In this document: positions 51,239 to 60,330 of the stretch, in pieces
Layout: the number at the start of each line of letters is the position of its first letter
Position numbering within the stretch: position 1 is the stretch's first letter
Origin: Candidatus Binatia bacterium
Lineage (GTDB): Bacteria > Desulfobacterota > Binatia > UBA9968 > CAXXLF01
NCBI GenBank assembly: GCA_963664015.2
Contig: CAXXLF010000002.1
Coordinates: 160,001-224,000, forward strand
Direction of reading: 5' to 3'
Length of the DNA: 64,000 nt
Notes under the pieces: model-generated
What the model saw: the letters and a program-made list of their open reading frames with translations, nothing else
Told to the model about the DNA's origin: nothing
Databases searched by the model: none
Position numbers and translations under genes: made by a program

Positions 51239-52204
51239 TTATTCCAACTTGATCCGGGGATCCAGCCATTTATAAAGGATGTCAACAATCAGGTTAATCG
51301 CGACGTAGGTCAAAGCGATAATCAGCACCGCCCCCTGGACAATGGGATAGTCCCGGCCATAGATCCCCTCCAGAAGAAGGCTAGCGACGCCAGGCCACGT
51401 GAAGACCGTTTCAATAATCGTAGATCCTCCCAGCAAACGTGCGATGTCCAAGCCAAGTATGGTGACGATCGAAATCATTGAGTTTTTTGCCGCGTGTTTG
51501 ACAATGACCATTTTGGGTGGGAGTCCCTTAGCGCGGGCCGTGCGAACATAATCCTGGCTCAGCTGCTCGAGCATCTCTGCTCTCATATAGCGGGTTACGG
51601 AAGCCGCCATGGAGGTTCCAAGCACAATAGCGGGTAAAGAGACGTGCTGCAGGAACTTGAACGGGTCTTCCAATGGGCTTGCGTAACCGATGGACGGGAC
51701 GATTCCCAGCTTGAGGCTGAAGAGTAAAATCAACATAAGGGCCAACCAAAAGTTGGGTATGGCCATTCCCCACATGGCGTACCCCATGGCGCTGTAATCG
51801 ACAAGAGTGTTCTGCCGGACAGCGGCAATGATACCGGCCGGCAGTGAGATGAAGATGACCGTGATAAAGGCCGAAAAGGCGAGATAGATGGTCGCGGGAT
51901 AACGCTCGAGTAATATGTCTAAGACGGGACGCCGGGATTGGAGCGAGAGCCCCAGATCCCCATTGAGGACTCTTCCCAGCCAACGGAAATACTGGACATA
52001 CACAGGCTGGTCAAATCCCAATTGTTTTTGAAGCGCTCGGTACTGGTCCTCACTATAAGAGGCGCCAACCTCCGGGTCAACGCCTAGCATAACCAGGATC
52101 GGATCCCCGGGGATTATGTGAACGATTAAAAAGACGATCAGGCTTACCAGGAAAAGAACCGGGATAAGCTGCATGATGCGCTGGATGATGTAACGGCCTA
52201 ACAC
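51239..52204 (-). CDS. ABC permease (DppB/OppB-like)
   Basis: PGDP, GDLGLS, DYVRTARAKGL, ETVFTWPG, LDPRI. Confidence 0.92.
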   Translation of the reverse strand: MLGRYIIQRIMQLIPVLFLVSLIVFLIVHIIPGDPILVMLGVDPEVGASYSEDQYRALQKQLGFDQPVYVQYFRWLGRVLNGDLGLSLQSRRPVLDILLERYPATIYLAFSAFITVIFISLPAGIIAAVRQNTLVDYSAMGYAMWGMAIPNFWLALMLILLFSLKLGIVPSIGYASPLEDPFKFLQHVSLPAIVLGTSMAASVTRYMRAEMLEQLSQDYVRTARAKGLPPKMVIVKHAAKNSMISIVTILGLDIARLLGGSTIIETVFTWPGVASLLLEGIYGRDYPIVQGAVLIIALTYVAINLIVDILYKWLDPRIKLE

Positions 52205-52344
52205 AAGAAAAAGTCCATGGAAATAGTATTACTTAACCCTGCAGATTGATGACCATCGCCCACTTGACGTTGCGTCACGCCCCCACTCATGAAACACCCA
52301 TCCGAAACAAACTCAAAGACTCAATTCGTTTTTATCCTTATTTT

Positions 52345-53328
52345 TTAGCCGTTCCCCTTCGCGTACAGCGCATCGATAAAACCGGTATCATCGATCTCCC
52401 TGAGATAGTGGGTATCCCAGGGCTCCATCGGGGCAATAAAGTTAACTTTCGGATCATGGGCCACATCCAGGTTGTAAACGTTCCAAATGGCGACCGGATG
52501 GGGATAGGGCTTTTCACTAAGAAGCTCGCTCCACTCCTGATGTAAATGTTCAACCTCATCGTCGGACGTAACCTTAATCATAGGAGCCAGTTCACGTTTC
52601 AGAATCTCGCATACCTTCTGTTTCTCGGTCTTAAAAAAGTGAACTGCTTCGATAAACCCCTTTAAGAAAGCGGTCACCTTTTCCTCGTTTTTGAGAGTGA
52701 AATCAGTACTGGCACAGATCGTCGTGTTATGAATAACAGGTACGGAAGGGAGCTTAACCGGATGGAACCCTTTCTTTTTACCCTGAAGGTCAAAGGGGAT
52801 ATCCACATTGGCCGCGTCGATCTCACCGCGGGAGAGCATTTCGATCGCTGTATTTCCCCTGTCAGCCATCGTGACGTTAGGCTTATTGTAGATAAATTCT
52901 ACCTTTGAGGTATCCACCCCGGCTAACGCTAATGAATGTTCCAGATTTCCCCCTACGCACGGGGCACGATTGGTCAAGATCCTTTTGCCCTCTAAATCTT
53001 TGGCCTCTGGAAACTCCGGTCTGGCTATCAACCGGTCGTCCCAGTCATTTTGTGCCTGTCCTAAATAGACAAATCGCTTGTCTCCTTTGGCGCGGTAGAT
53101 GTAGGTTTCATGGTGGAGCCCGCTCAAGAACTCGTATTCTCCTTCGAGAAGAGAAGTAGCACGTTCTTTCATACTCCGAACCGGTCGCCCGCTCTTGGGT
53201 GGTATCGTGGCCACGTCGACTTCGAGATCGAAGCCGTGTTTTTGTGGTGCCCCACAGTCACGAAACACAGAAAGCAGCGCCATATGGGAAATATCGCTAC
53301 AAAGCATGCTCATTTTGCCAAAATCCAT
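52345..53328 (-). CDS. PBP2-fold (NMT1/SsuA-like) protein lacking a signal peptide; paralogue of 44368-45297
   Basis: KDLEGKRI, C-terminal KPYP...PWD...IDDTGFIDALY; AAAGGAG RBS; no signal peptide. Confidence 0.78.
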   Translation of the reverse strand: MDFGKMSMLCSDISHMALLSVFRDCGAPQKHGFDLEVDVATIPPKSGRPVRSMKERATSLLEGEYEFLSGLHHETYIYRAKGDKRFVYLGQAQNDWDDRLIARPEFPEAKDLEGKRILTNRAPCVGGNLEHSLALAGVDTSKVEFIYNKPNVTMADRGNTAIEMLSRGEIDAANVDIPFDLQGKKKGFHPVKLPSVPVIHNTTICASTDFTLKNEEKVTAFLKGFIEAVHFFKTEKQKVCEILKRELAPMIKVTSDDEVEHLHQEWSELLSEKPYPHPVAIWNVYNLDVAHDPKVNFIAPMEPWDTHYLREIDDTGFIDALYAKGNG

Positions 53329-53563
53329 TGATATAATTCTCCTTTCACTCCGATAACTAGCTTAGGTAAGACCCTACCTGTAGGGATTTTAGATTAATAG
53401 TGGAAGGAGGATGTATATCGGCAAAAAGGTACAGTTGTCAACCCCATTTGAGTGTCATCGAGCAAGAAAAGCCTTGCAAGAAAAGAACGATTGGGAGGAT
53501 GAGGAGGTGTTTTATCGACCATCATTGAGAATTGGGTGTCTCAGGAGCCTCCGGCCTGCCGGA

Positions 53564-54763
53564 TCATAAGTGACCCACCTTTTGCTCCTCATGCCTAACC
53601 TTTCGCCCGGCCTTTAAAACCCACAAACGGCTCCCTAGGGCCACCAACAGGAAAAAGGTTCCCGTAACCAAAAAGGTAAACTTGAAACCCTTCGAGTCTG
53701 CGAGCCAGCCAAGTATTAAGGGTGAGATCATAAGGGATAAAGGCCATCCCAGCGAAGTGGTCGCCATGGCCATAGACCGGTCCCTCGCCTCACTCAACTC
53801 AGTAGCCTGCATTTGATACCACAGGTCCAACACACCGCCGCAGGCTCCCACGGCCATAATGCAGGGGCTAAGGAAGTAAAGCCCTTCCAGAATTCCACTA
53901 CCGGTGATGAAAATGCCCAAACCTCCCATTCCTAGAGCAAAAAATCCCATCAGCCGAGGTGGCGTAATCAATGGACCCAGGATCAAGACCATGGTTATTG
54001 TCCCCAGGGCCCGCCCCGAGACCGCGAGTCCTATCCACTGCTCGCCATAACCCATCTGGGACAAATAGACCGGAAAGAGGGTCTGGGTGAGCGTCGAAGG
54101 AAGTGCAGCGCCGAACGATGCGAAGATCCCCAGCCACACTGGCCGATGCCCGAGGAAACGTCCGATTCCGGCCGTAATCTGCCACACAGTCCTACCACTT
54201 GGTTTTCTTGCCACATGGGGGATCATCAGACCAAGGAGAACACACGCGACGGACATACCGGCCAATATAAGAAACGATCCATAGTATCCTATCAAGGCCG
54301 CGAGGGCTCCACCCATGCTCATACCAAGCAGGTTCCCAAGATGGTTCCAGGCGGAAAGGTGCCCAAGTCTTTTCCCCATGCTGGGGCCTGGGAGCTGGGT
54401 GGCCAATGATTGAGCGGCTATCCAGAAAATACTCCGCGAAATATTGGCGGCCCCTTGACTAACCAGCAAGGAAGCAAAGCCATCCGCTTGAAGCAACAGA
54501 ATCGCCGCCAATACCAACAACAGGTAGCAGATCTGCAAAATCAAACGCTCGCCAAAACGGTCGCAAAGCGCTCCGCCCACGAATCGGACCGCGAGCATAA
54601 CCAATACGGGAATTGCAATAACACTGCCGATCTTTAAGACGGAGAAGCCCAGTGAAAGAGCGTAAAGAGGAACCAGTATCATCATCATGCCATTTACGAG
54701 GTTCCACAGAGCCACGCTGCTGTAAAACAGGATAAGACTAATGACCGGATTGTGAAATTTCAT
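53564..54763 (-). CDS. MFS transporter
   Basis: GALCDRFGER motif A; 12 TM segments. Confidence 0.88.
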   Translation of the reverse strand: MKFHNPVISLILFYSSVALWNLVNGMMMILVPLYALSLGFSVLKIGSVIAIPVLVMLAVRFVGGALCDRFGERLILQICYLLLVLAAILLLQADGFASLLVSQGAANISRSIFWIAAQSLATQLPGPSMGKRLGHLSAWNHLGNLLGMSMGGALAALIGYYGSFLILAGMSVACVLLGLMIPHVARKPSGRTVWQITAGIGRFLGHRPVWLGIFASFGAALPSTLTQTLFPVYLSQMGYGEQWIGLAVSGRALGTITMVLILGPLITPPRLMGFFALGMGGLGIFITGSGILEGLYFLSPCIMAVGACGGVLDLWYQMQATELSEARDRSMAMATTSLGWPLSLMISPLILGWLADSKGFKFTFLVTGTFFLLVALGSRLWVLKAGRKVRHEEQKVGHL

Positions 54764-54853
54764 TTAACCCTTTCCTTAATAATGTTCATCGGTCTCTAAA
54801 AACTTAACACAGTGTTTCGCGGATGGATTCAGAAGGATATCCCTTTAATAATA

Positions 54854-55056
54854 TCACCGCAAAGGCGCCCCTCGACCCCACTCGGAACCCGGAACCCGTC
54901 GAAGGGCAGAGGGCACAGGGAATTAAATGTTGGTCGTTTGCGAAACGCCGACAAACAAAAATATTACTCAGATTAGAGCTGTAAGTGTTTGCCCAATCGT
55001 CGTCTCCCGATTGGGCAAAAGGGATTCTCTCAGTGTGCTCCGCGTCTCAGCAGTGA
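54854..55056. repeat. MITE/REP-like element with a nested REP-like insertion and an internal hairpin
   Basis: Degenerate arms TCACCGCAAAGGCGC..AGAGGGCACAG and CTCAGTGTGCTCCGCGTCTCAGCAGTGA; nested CCCTCGAC...GTCGAAGGG; 12-bp perfect stem at 54988-54999/55008-55019. Confidence 0.6.
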
Positions 55057-55285
55057 AATGTCCGAATCCTTATCTGCGTAAATCTGCATTAACATCTTTT
55101 GATGATTTCACGACTGAGGTTGGCTATCAGCTGTTCCCGGCCCTAACTTTTCGACCATGCTCAGGGTCATGGCGCGGCATTCGAACCATGAGGCTCTCGA
55201 AGGGCTGTGCTCACCACTTTAAGCGCCCTTTGTTGACGTTTGCGATTTTCCTCTTGTATGGTGGCTTTAGAAAGGAAACCCATCG

Positions 55286-56725
55286 GTGGACCCACGAATC
55301 AATCTCTTGCTTCTTTGCAACACGATGCTGGGAAACTTCATGTCCGGCCTGGCATCGAGAATCTTTGCCATTTCCCTGCCTACGGTAGCCAATGCCTTGA
55401 AAACTGATATTGCGGGAGTTTCCTGGGCCCTTATCGCCTTTAATCTCACAAGCCTCGGGCTGGCCCTCGTCTTTGGGAGGTTGGGTGATATCTATGGGAG
55501 GGGTAAACTTTACGGGTTCGGATTTGCAATCTTTGCAGTGAGCTCGCTCCTATGCGGCCTGTCCCAATCGATTTTCCAGTTAATTCTGTTCCGGATCCTG
55601 CAAGGGGTTGGCGCCGCCATGACTCAATCCGTAGGGCGGGCTTTGGCCGCAGAGGCCATGCCGGAGGATCAGGGCAGCAAGGCGCAGGGTTTTATGACAA
55701 CGGCCTTCCACTCGGGCTTTCTCTTGGGACCAACTCTGGGTGGGCTTCTCATCGATAATGTCCACTGGCGGGCGGTTTTCTTTGTTCTGGTCCCGGTGGC
55801 GGTCGTCGGTTCGATTCTCGCCTTCGTGCAAACCAAGTCCTTCCAGCGGCCTAGTAAAGTGCAGCCCATCGATTATCTTGGAGCGGTGCTTTTAATCTCG
55901 ATCACGACCTCGTTGATTCTGCTTTTGGACCGGAGCACGAGAGAGGCGTTGCCACCCGAATTCACGTATTTTGTATTCCTCGCTATCCCGGTCCTCTTGG
56001 TCGCATTCTTTTATCGAGAACTTAAGATTTCAAGCCCCATCGTCAATCTTAGTCTGTTTAAGAATCGAATGTTTTCCTTCAGCTGCGTCTCCCTACTGCT
56101 CGTCACCCTGTCGCATTCCATGTCGGGGTTTCTCTTGCCCTTCTATTTGCAGGAGGTGCTCTTTATGACTCCAACCTTTATGGGGGTTCTCTTCATGTCT
56201 GCCCCCATCTTTACGGTCATGCTGGCTCCGGTCAGCGGGCAGATAGCCGACCGTATCGGACCGAGAATCCCGGCGACCACGGGAGCCGCCATGATGTTCT
56301 TTTCGGCTATTGTAGGGATACTTCTACGGCCGAACTCCCATTGGTTCCTTCCAGCGGCCATGCTGGGATTTACAGGGTTGGGATCGGCTTTCTTCAATTC
56401 GCCCAATCACGGGGCCATGATCGGCTCGGTTCCCAAGGAACACCGGGGTTTTGCTAACGGGGCGATCCAGGTTTGTTTTAACCTGGCCCATATGTTTGGG
56501 ATTTCCCTGGGAACCTTTTTGATGACTTTAAACTTTCAGCGTTATGTGGGCCGCGGGGCTGCCGTAACCACCACCAACCCAACGGCCTTCGTTTCATCCC
56601 TGAATGCCACCTTCATGATCGGTGGTGTGGTCTCTATGATTGCCGTGATAACGTCTTCCATGCGGGGAAAACCCGAGCAGCGAGTGGCGGGAGGAAAAGC
56701 AGATTTAGATAAAGCCAAGCCTTGA
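55286..56725 (+). CDS. MFS transporter, DHA2 (14-TM) family
   Basis: GRLGDIYGRG, FRILQGVGAA, GPTLGG, DYLG; GTG start with AGGA RBS. Confidence 0.9.
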   Translation: MDPRINLLLLCNTMLGNFMSGLASRIFAISLPTVANALKTDIAGVSWALIAFNLTSLGLALVFGRLGDIYGRGKLYGFGFAIFAVSSLLCGLSQSIFQLILFRILQGVGAAMTQSVGRALAAEAMPEDQGSKAQGFMTTAFHSGFLLGPTLGGLLIDNVHWRAVFFVLVPVAVVGSILAFVQTKSFQRPSKVQPIDYLGAVLLISITTSLILLLDRSTREALPPEFTYFVFLAIPVLLVAFFYRELKISSPIVNLSLFKNRMFSFSCVSLLLVTLSHSMSGFLLPFYLQEVLFMTPTFMGVLFMSAPIFTVMLAPVSGQIADRIGPRIPATTGAAMMFFSAIVGILLRPNSHWFLPAAMLGFTGLGSAFFNSPNHGAMIGSVPKEHRGFANGAIQVCFNLAHMFGISLGTFLMTLNFQRYVGRGAAVTTTNPTAFVSSLNATFMIGGVVSMIAVITSSMRGKPEQRVAGGKADLDKAKP

Positions 56726-56876
56726 ATTTTGGACGAGTGGGAGATAATTACTCTGATTTTATCCGCCTTCCAAATGGACCATGGCCATGCGGGAACTCCC
56801 AGCCGAACAGGCATAAACCCGTCGCGGCTTCATTTTAAATTACCAACTCGACGATAGCTTGCTTGGCTAACCCTGC

Positions 56877-57905
56877 TCAGGCGGTAGAAGCCTGTTTTTT
56901 CCCCTCGGCTAACCCCATTGCAACCTCGACGATCTGGTCCTCCTGTCCTCCCACCAGCTTACGCTTGCCGATTTCCACCAGGATGTCCCTGGCCTCGACG
57001 CCAAACTTTTCGGCCGCCCGGTCCGCGTGCAGCAGAAAGCTGGAATAGATCCCCGCGTATCCCATAGTCAGGCTCACCTTGCCGATTCGTACAGGCTTCA
57101 GCATCATCGGTCGCACCACATCTTCGGCCACATCCATGATCTTCCACATATCGATGCCTGTGTCATACCCCAATTTGTCCAGCACCGCTGAAATGACTTC
57201 CGTCGGGGTATTTCCCGAACCGGCTCCTAGCCCACAGGTGCATGCATCGAGCCAGCGGGCCCCCTCTTCAATCGCAGCAACCGTGTTGGCCACCGCAAGC
57301 GAGAGGTTGTTATGACCGTGAAATCCGATATCGATCTTGACAGATGCTCTTAGGGCTGCGATTCGCTCCCTCGCCGTATGGGGCATGAGGGCACCAGCCG
57401 AATCCGTGACGAGGACCACGTCTGCCCCGTAACTTTCCACCAGTTTTCCTTGTTCGGCGATCTTTTCAGGCGAGCCCATGTGGGACATCATGAGCATGGA
57501 GATCACCTTCATGCCCATCTTCTTGGCCAGGCCGATGTGCTGCTCGGCGATATCCGCTTCGGTTACATGGGTCGCAATCTGCGCTACTTTTGCTCCAAAA
57601 TCAGCGGCCATTTTCAGATCTTCTTTGGTCCCGATTCCAGGGAGAAGCAACACGGCTAGCTTGGCCCTCTTGATTACGGACGCAGCCGCTTTGAGCAGCT
57701 CCATTTCAGATTGCTTCGAGAAACCGTAGGTAACCGTTGAGCCTCCGAGCCCGTCTCCATGAGAGACCTCGATGATCTCGAGGCCGGCCTCATCCAAACC
57801 TTTAACCACCTGCATCACCTGCTCAGCCGTAAACTGATGGGCCAGGGCATGGCTTCCATCTCTTAACGTGCTGTCTAGAATATGGATCTTGGTCATCTCG
57901 CTCAT
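56877..57905 (-). CDS. mhpE: 4-hydroxy-2-oxovalerate aldolase
   Basis: [49 protein letters not shown]. Confidence 0.96.
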   Translation of the reverse strand: MSEMTKIHILDSTLRDGSHALAHQFTAEQVMQVVKGLDEAGLEIIEVSHGDGLGGSTVTYGFSKQSEMELLKAAASVIKRAKLAVLLLPGIGTKEDLKMAADFGAKVAQIATHVTEADIAEQHIGLAKKMGMKVISMLMMSHMGSPEKIAEQGKLVESYGADVVLVTDSAGALMPHTARERIAALRASVKIDIGFHGHNNLSLAVANTVAAIEEGARWLDACTCGLGAGSGNTPTEVISAVLDKLGYDTGIDMWKIMDVAEDVVRPMMLKPVRIGKVSLTMGYAGIYSSFLLHADRAAEKFGVEARDILVEIGKRKLVGGQEDQIVEVAMGLAEGKKQASTA

Positions 57906-58828
57906 ACCCGTGCCTCCATGGTCTCCTTTTTTTGCCAGGTCCCTGCTACCAGGTGTTTGCCGATTTCTTCTCCCACCTTTACGGCAGCCGAGGTCATGAT
58001 GTCCAGGTTTCCCGCATACTTGGGTAGATAGTCGCCGGCTCCCTCCACTTCGACAAAGACCGTGACCTTCTTTTTCCCCTTGCCACCGGGAAAATCCTCA
58101 ACCAGTGGTTTGGCCTTGAGTCGATAACCTGCAACGTACTCCTGGGTCCGTCGGACCATCGCTTCAATGGATTGCCGAAGCTTCTCTGGATCCGCTTCTT
58201 CCACAATACCGTAAACCGTGTTTCTCATTAGGACGGGCGGCTCCGCCGGGTTCAAGACGATAATTGCCTTGCCGCGGCTCGCCCCGCCGACAGTTTCCAA
58301 CCCGTGGGCGGTCGTGTTCGTAAACTCGTCGATATTTTGCCTTGTCCCCGGCCCGGCGCTCTTGCTCGCGATGGATGCGACGATCTCAGCGTATTCGACC
58401 GGTGCCACCTGCCCCATGGCATGGACACAGGGGATCGTGGCTTGCCCACCACAGCTGACCATATTGACGTTGGGCTCGCCGACATGCTGGTTAAGGTTCA
58501 CCAGCGGTACCACGTAGGGCCCGATTGCTGCCGGCGTCAGGTCTATGGCCACCTTGTTGGCCTTTTTGAGCAGCGGCGCATGCTCCAGATGGGCACTTGC
58601 GGTGGTCGCCTCAAATACGATATCGAACTGGTCCGCAAGGGCAAGAAGCCCCTCGATCCCCTCATGAGTTGTGACCAACCCATTGTCCCTCGCCCGTGCC
58701 AATCCCTCCGACTCGAGTACGATACCAGCCATCACGGTGGCATCCAGGAATTTGCTCCGCTTCAGTTTGTGCATAAGATCGGTGCCGATATTCCCGGAAC
58801 CTAAAATTGCCACTCTTGCGTTCTCCAT
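57902..58828 (-). CDS. mhpF: acetaldehyde dehydrogenase (acylating)
   Basis: [41 protein letters not shown]; GGAGGA RBS. Confidence 0.96.
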   Translation of the reverse strand: MENARVAILGSGNIGTDLMHKLKRSKFLDATVMAGIVLESEGLARARDNGLVTTHEGIEGLLALADQFDIVFEATTASAHLEHAPLLKKANKVAIDLTPAAIGPYVVPLVNLNQHVGEPNVNMVSCGGQATIPCVHAMGQVAPVEYAEIVASIASKSAGPGTRQNIDEFTNTTAHGLETVGGASRGKAIIVLNPAEPPVLMRNTVYGIVEEADPEKLRQSIEAMVRRTQEYVAGYRLKAKPLVEDFPGGKGKKKVTVFVEVEGAGDYLPKYAGNLDIMTSAAVKVGEEIGKHLVAGTWQKKETMEARV

Positions 58829-58862
58829 GAACTCCTCCGATAAAATTTTCAAGTAAACTAAT

Positions 58863-59654
58863 TTAGATAAATCGTACTGAGACCGTGCCTAACCCATCAA
58901 AGTTAGCACGAATTGTATCTCCTGGAGCCACATCGGCAGCGGCGCAAAGGGCTCCCGGCATGATGACCTCGCCGGCTTTCAGGGTCACACCGAACTCTCC
59001 TACCACGTTGGCCAGCCACGCAACGGCGTTGGCCGGGTGACCCAATGCGGCTGCGCCGGCACCGGTCTGAACCACTTCGCCGTTCTTTTCCATCACCATA
59101 CCTATCAGCCTGAGATCCACCTGATCCACACGCCGAGGGGTCTCGCCTAAAACGATACGGGCAGATGACGCATTGTCCGCAATGGTGTCACTGAGTTTGA
59201 TCTTCCAACTCTCGAACCGGCTGTCGATAATCTCCAGTGCTGGAAGGACAAAGGCCGTAGCCGCAAGGACCTGGACAGTCGTCACTCCCGGTCCTTTTAA
59301 ATCTTTGTCCAGGATGAAGGCGATCTCGGGTTCGATTCTCGGCTGTATCAGATCTTTGGCTGGGAATTGGGCCCCGTCTTGCAAGACCATGCCGTCCAGG
59401 ATATGCCCGTAGTCCGGACTATCCACGCTGAGCATCTTTTGCATGGCCGTGCTCGTGAGGCCGATCTTTTTCCCGACTACCTTTGCCCCGTCCTTTTTCT
59501 TCAGCTCTATAAGCGAGAGCTGGATCCGATAGGCGTCATCGGGAGCGATGCCCTCGTATTGCTCGGTAAATTGACGGATCGGCCGACGTTCTTTTTCGGC
59601 GACGTAGAGGTCCTTCGCCGCCTTTTCGATAGACTGTTCATTCAGGCTGGCCAC
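58863..59654 (-). CDS. mhpD: 2-oxopent-4-enoate hydratase
   Basis: [46 protein letters not shown]. Confidence 0.93.
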   Translation of the reverse strand: MASLNEQSIEKAAKDLYVAEKERRPIRQFTEQYEGIAPDDAYRIQLSLIELKKKDGAKVVGKKIGLTSTAMQKMLSVDSPDYGHILDGMVLQDGAQFPAKDLIQPRIEPEIAFILDKDLKGPGVTTVQVLAATAFVLPALEIIDSRFESWKIKLSDTIADNASSARIVLGETPRRVDQVDLRLIGMVMEKNGEVVQTGAGAAALGHPANAVAWLANVVGEFGVTLKAGEVIMPGALCAAADVAPGDTIRANFDGLGTVSVRFI

Positions 59655-59839
59655 GTGTTCAACCCTCCTCTATCTGCGTGAATATATAAAAGGTGAGAAT
59701 GCCTACCTGATTCCCTACCAAGGGAGCTTTTCCGGGTCAAGACAAACCCCTAACTCCTTATTAAAGCGCCCCAAGCATAGCCTTTTATAAAGGACGGGTC
59801 CAGGTCTAGCCCCACAGACACAACCGGAACAAGATTGCT

Positions 59840-59938
59840 CGCGCAAAGAACCCAAAGGGCGCAAAGTTCGCCAAGGTAGGAAAATTTAGGATCTAGGAAA
59901 TTGTATTTCCCTTTGCGAGCTTGCCCGCCTTGGCGCGC
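59840..59938. repeat. degenerate 9-bp-period (nnGCAAAG-like) inverted repeat, MITE-like
   Basis: CGCGCAAAG AACCCAAAG GGCGCAAAG TTCGCCAAG ... CTTTGCGAG CTTGCCCGC CTTGGCGCG. Confidence 0.5.
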
Positions 59939-60330
59939 TCTTCTTCGCCCAGAACGGTGGGGCTAGCCGCTTGGATATCGAATCGATGGCGGTCACCCCC
60001 CGACAAGGAATTCCATAACAGGAGATAGTCGAGTGTTTTATTTCAGACTTGCGACACTTGCGTGTCTTCATCAGTAATATGGTTCGGACCTGATATCTCT
60101 TATTTAAGAATTTGTGTAGAGGGATCACTGGAGCGATAAAACTTTTCGAAATCTTATCCTTGGAAGTGGCCCCAAGTTGACATATAAATGGATACCATCT
60201 TGTACTCCTAGGCCAAGGGTGGGTGAGTCGGCTATCGTTGGATTCTTGTTGACTATATTTAAAAAACAAGCTCTATTAAGTTCTAGTTATTTCCGATCAG
60301 AATGAAGGGGTTGCGTTTTGTGATTAAGCT

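Noticed and set aside
59886-60269. 127-aa minus-strand ORF
   Set aside because: It runs through a repeat and AT-rich DNA and lacks protein-like composition or an RBS.
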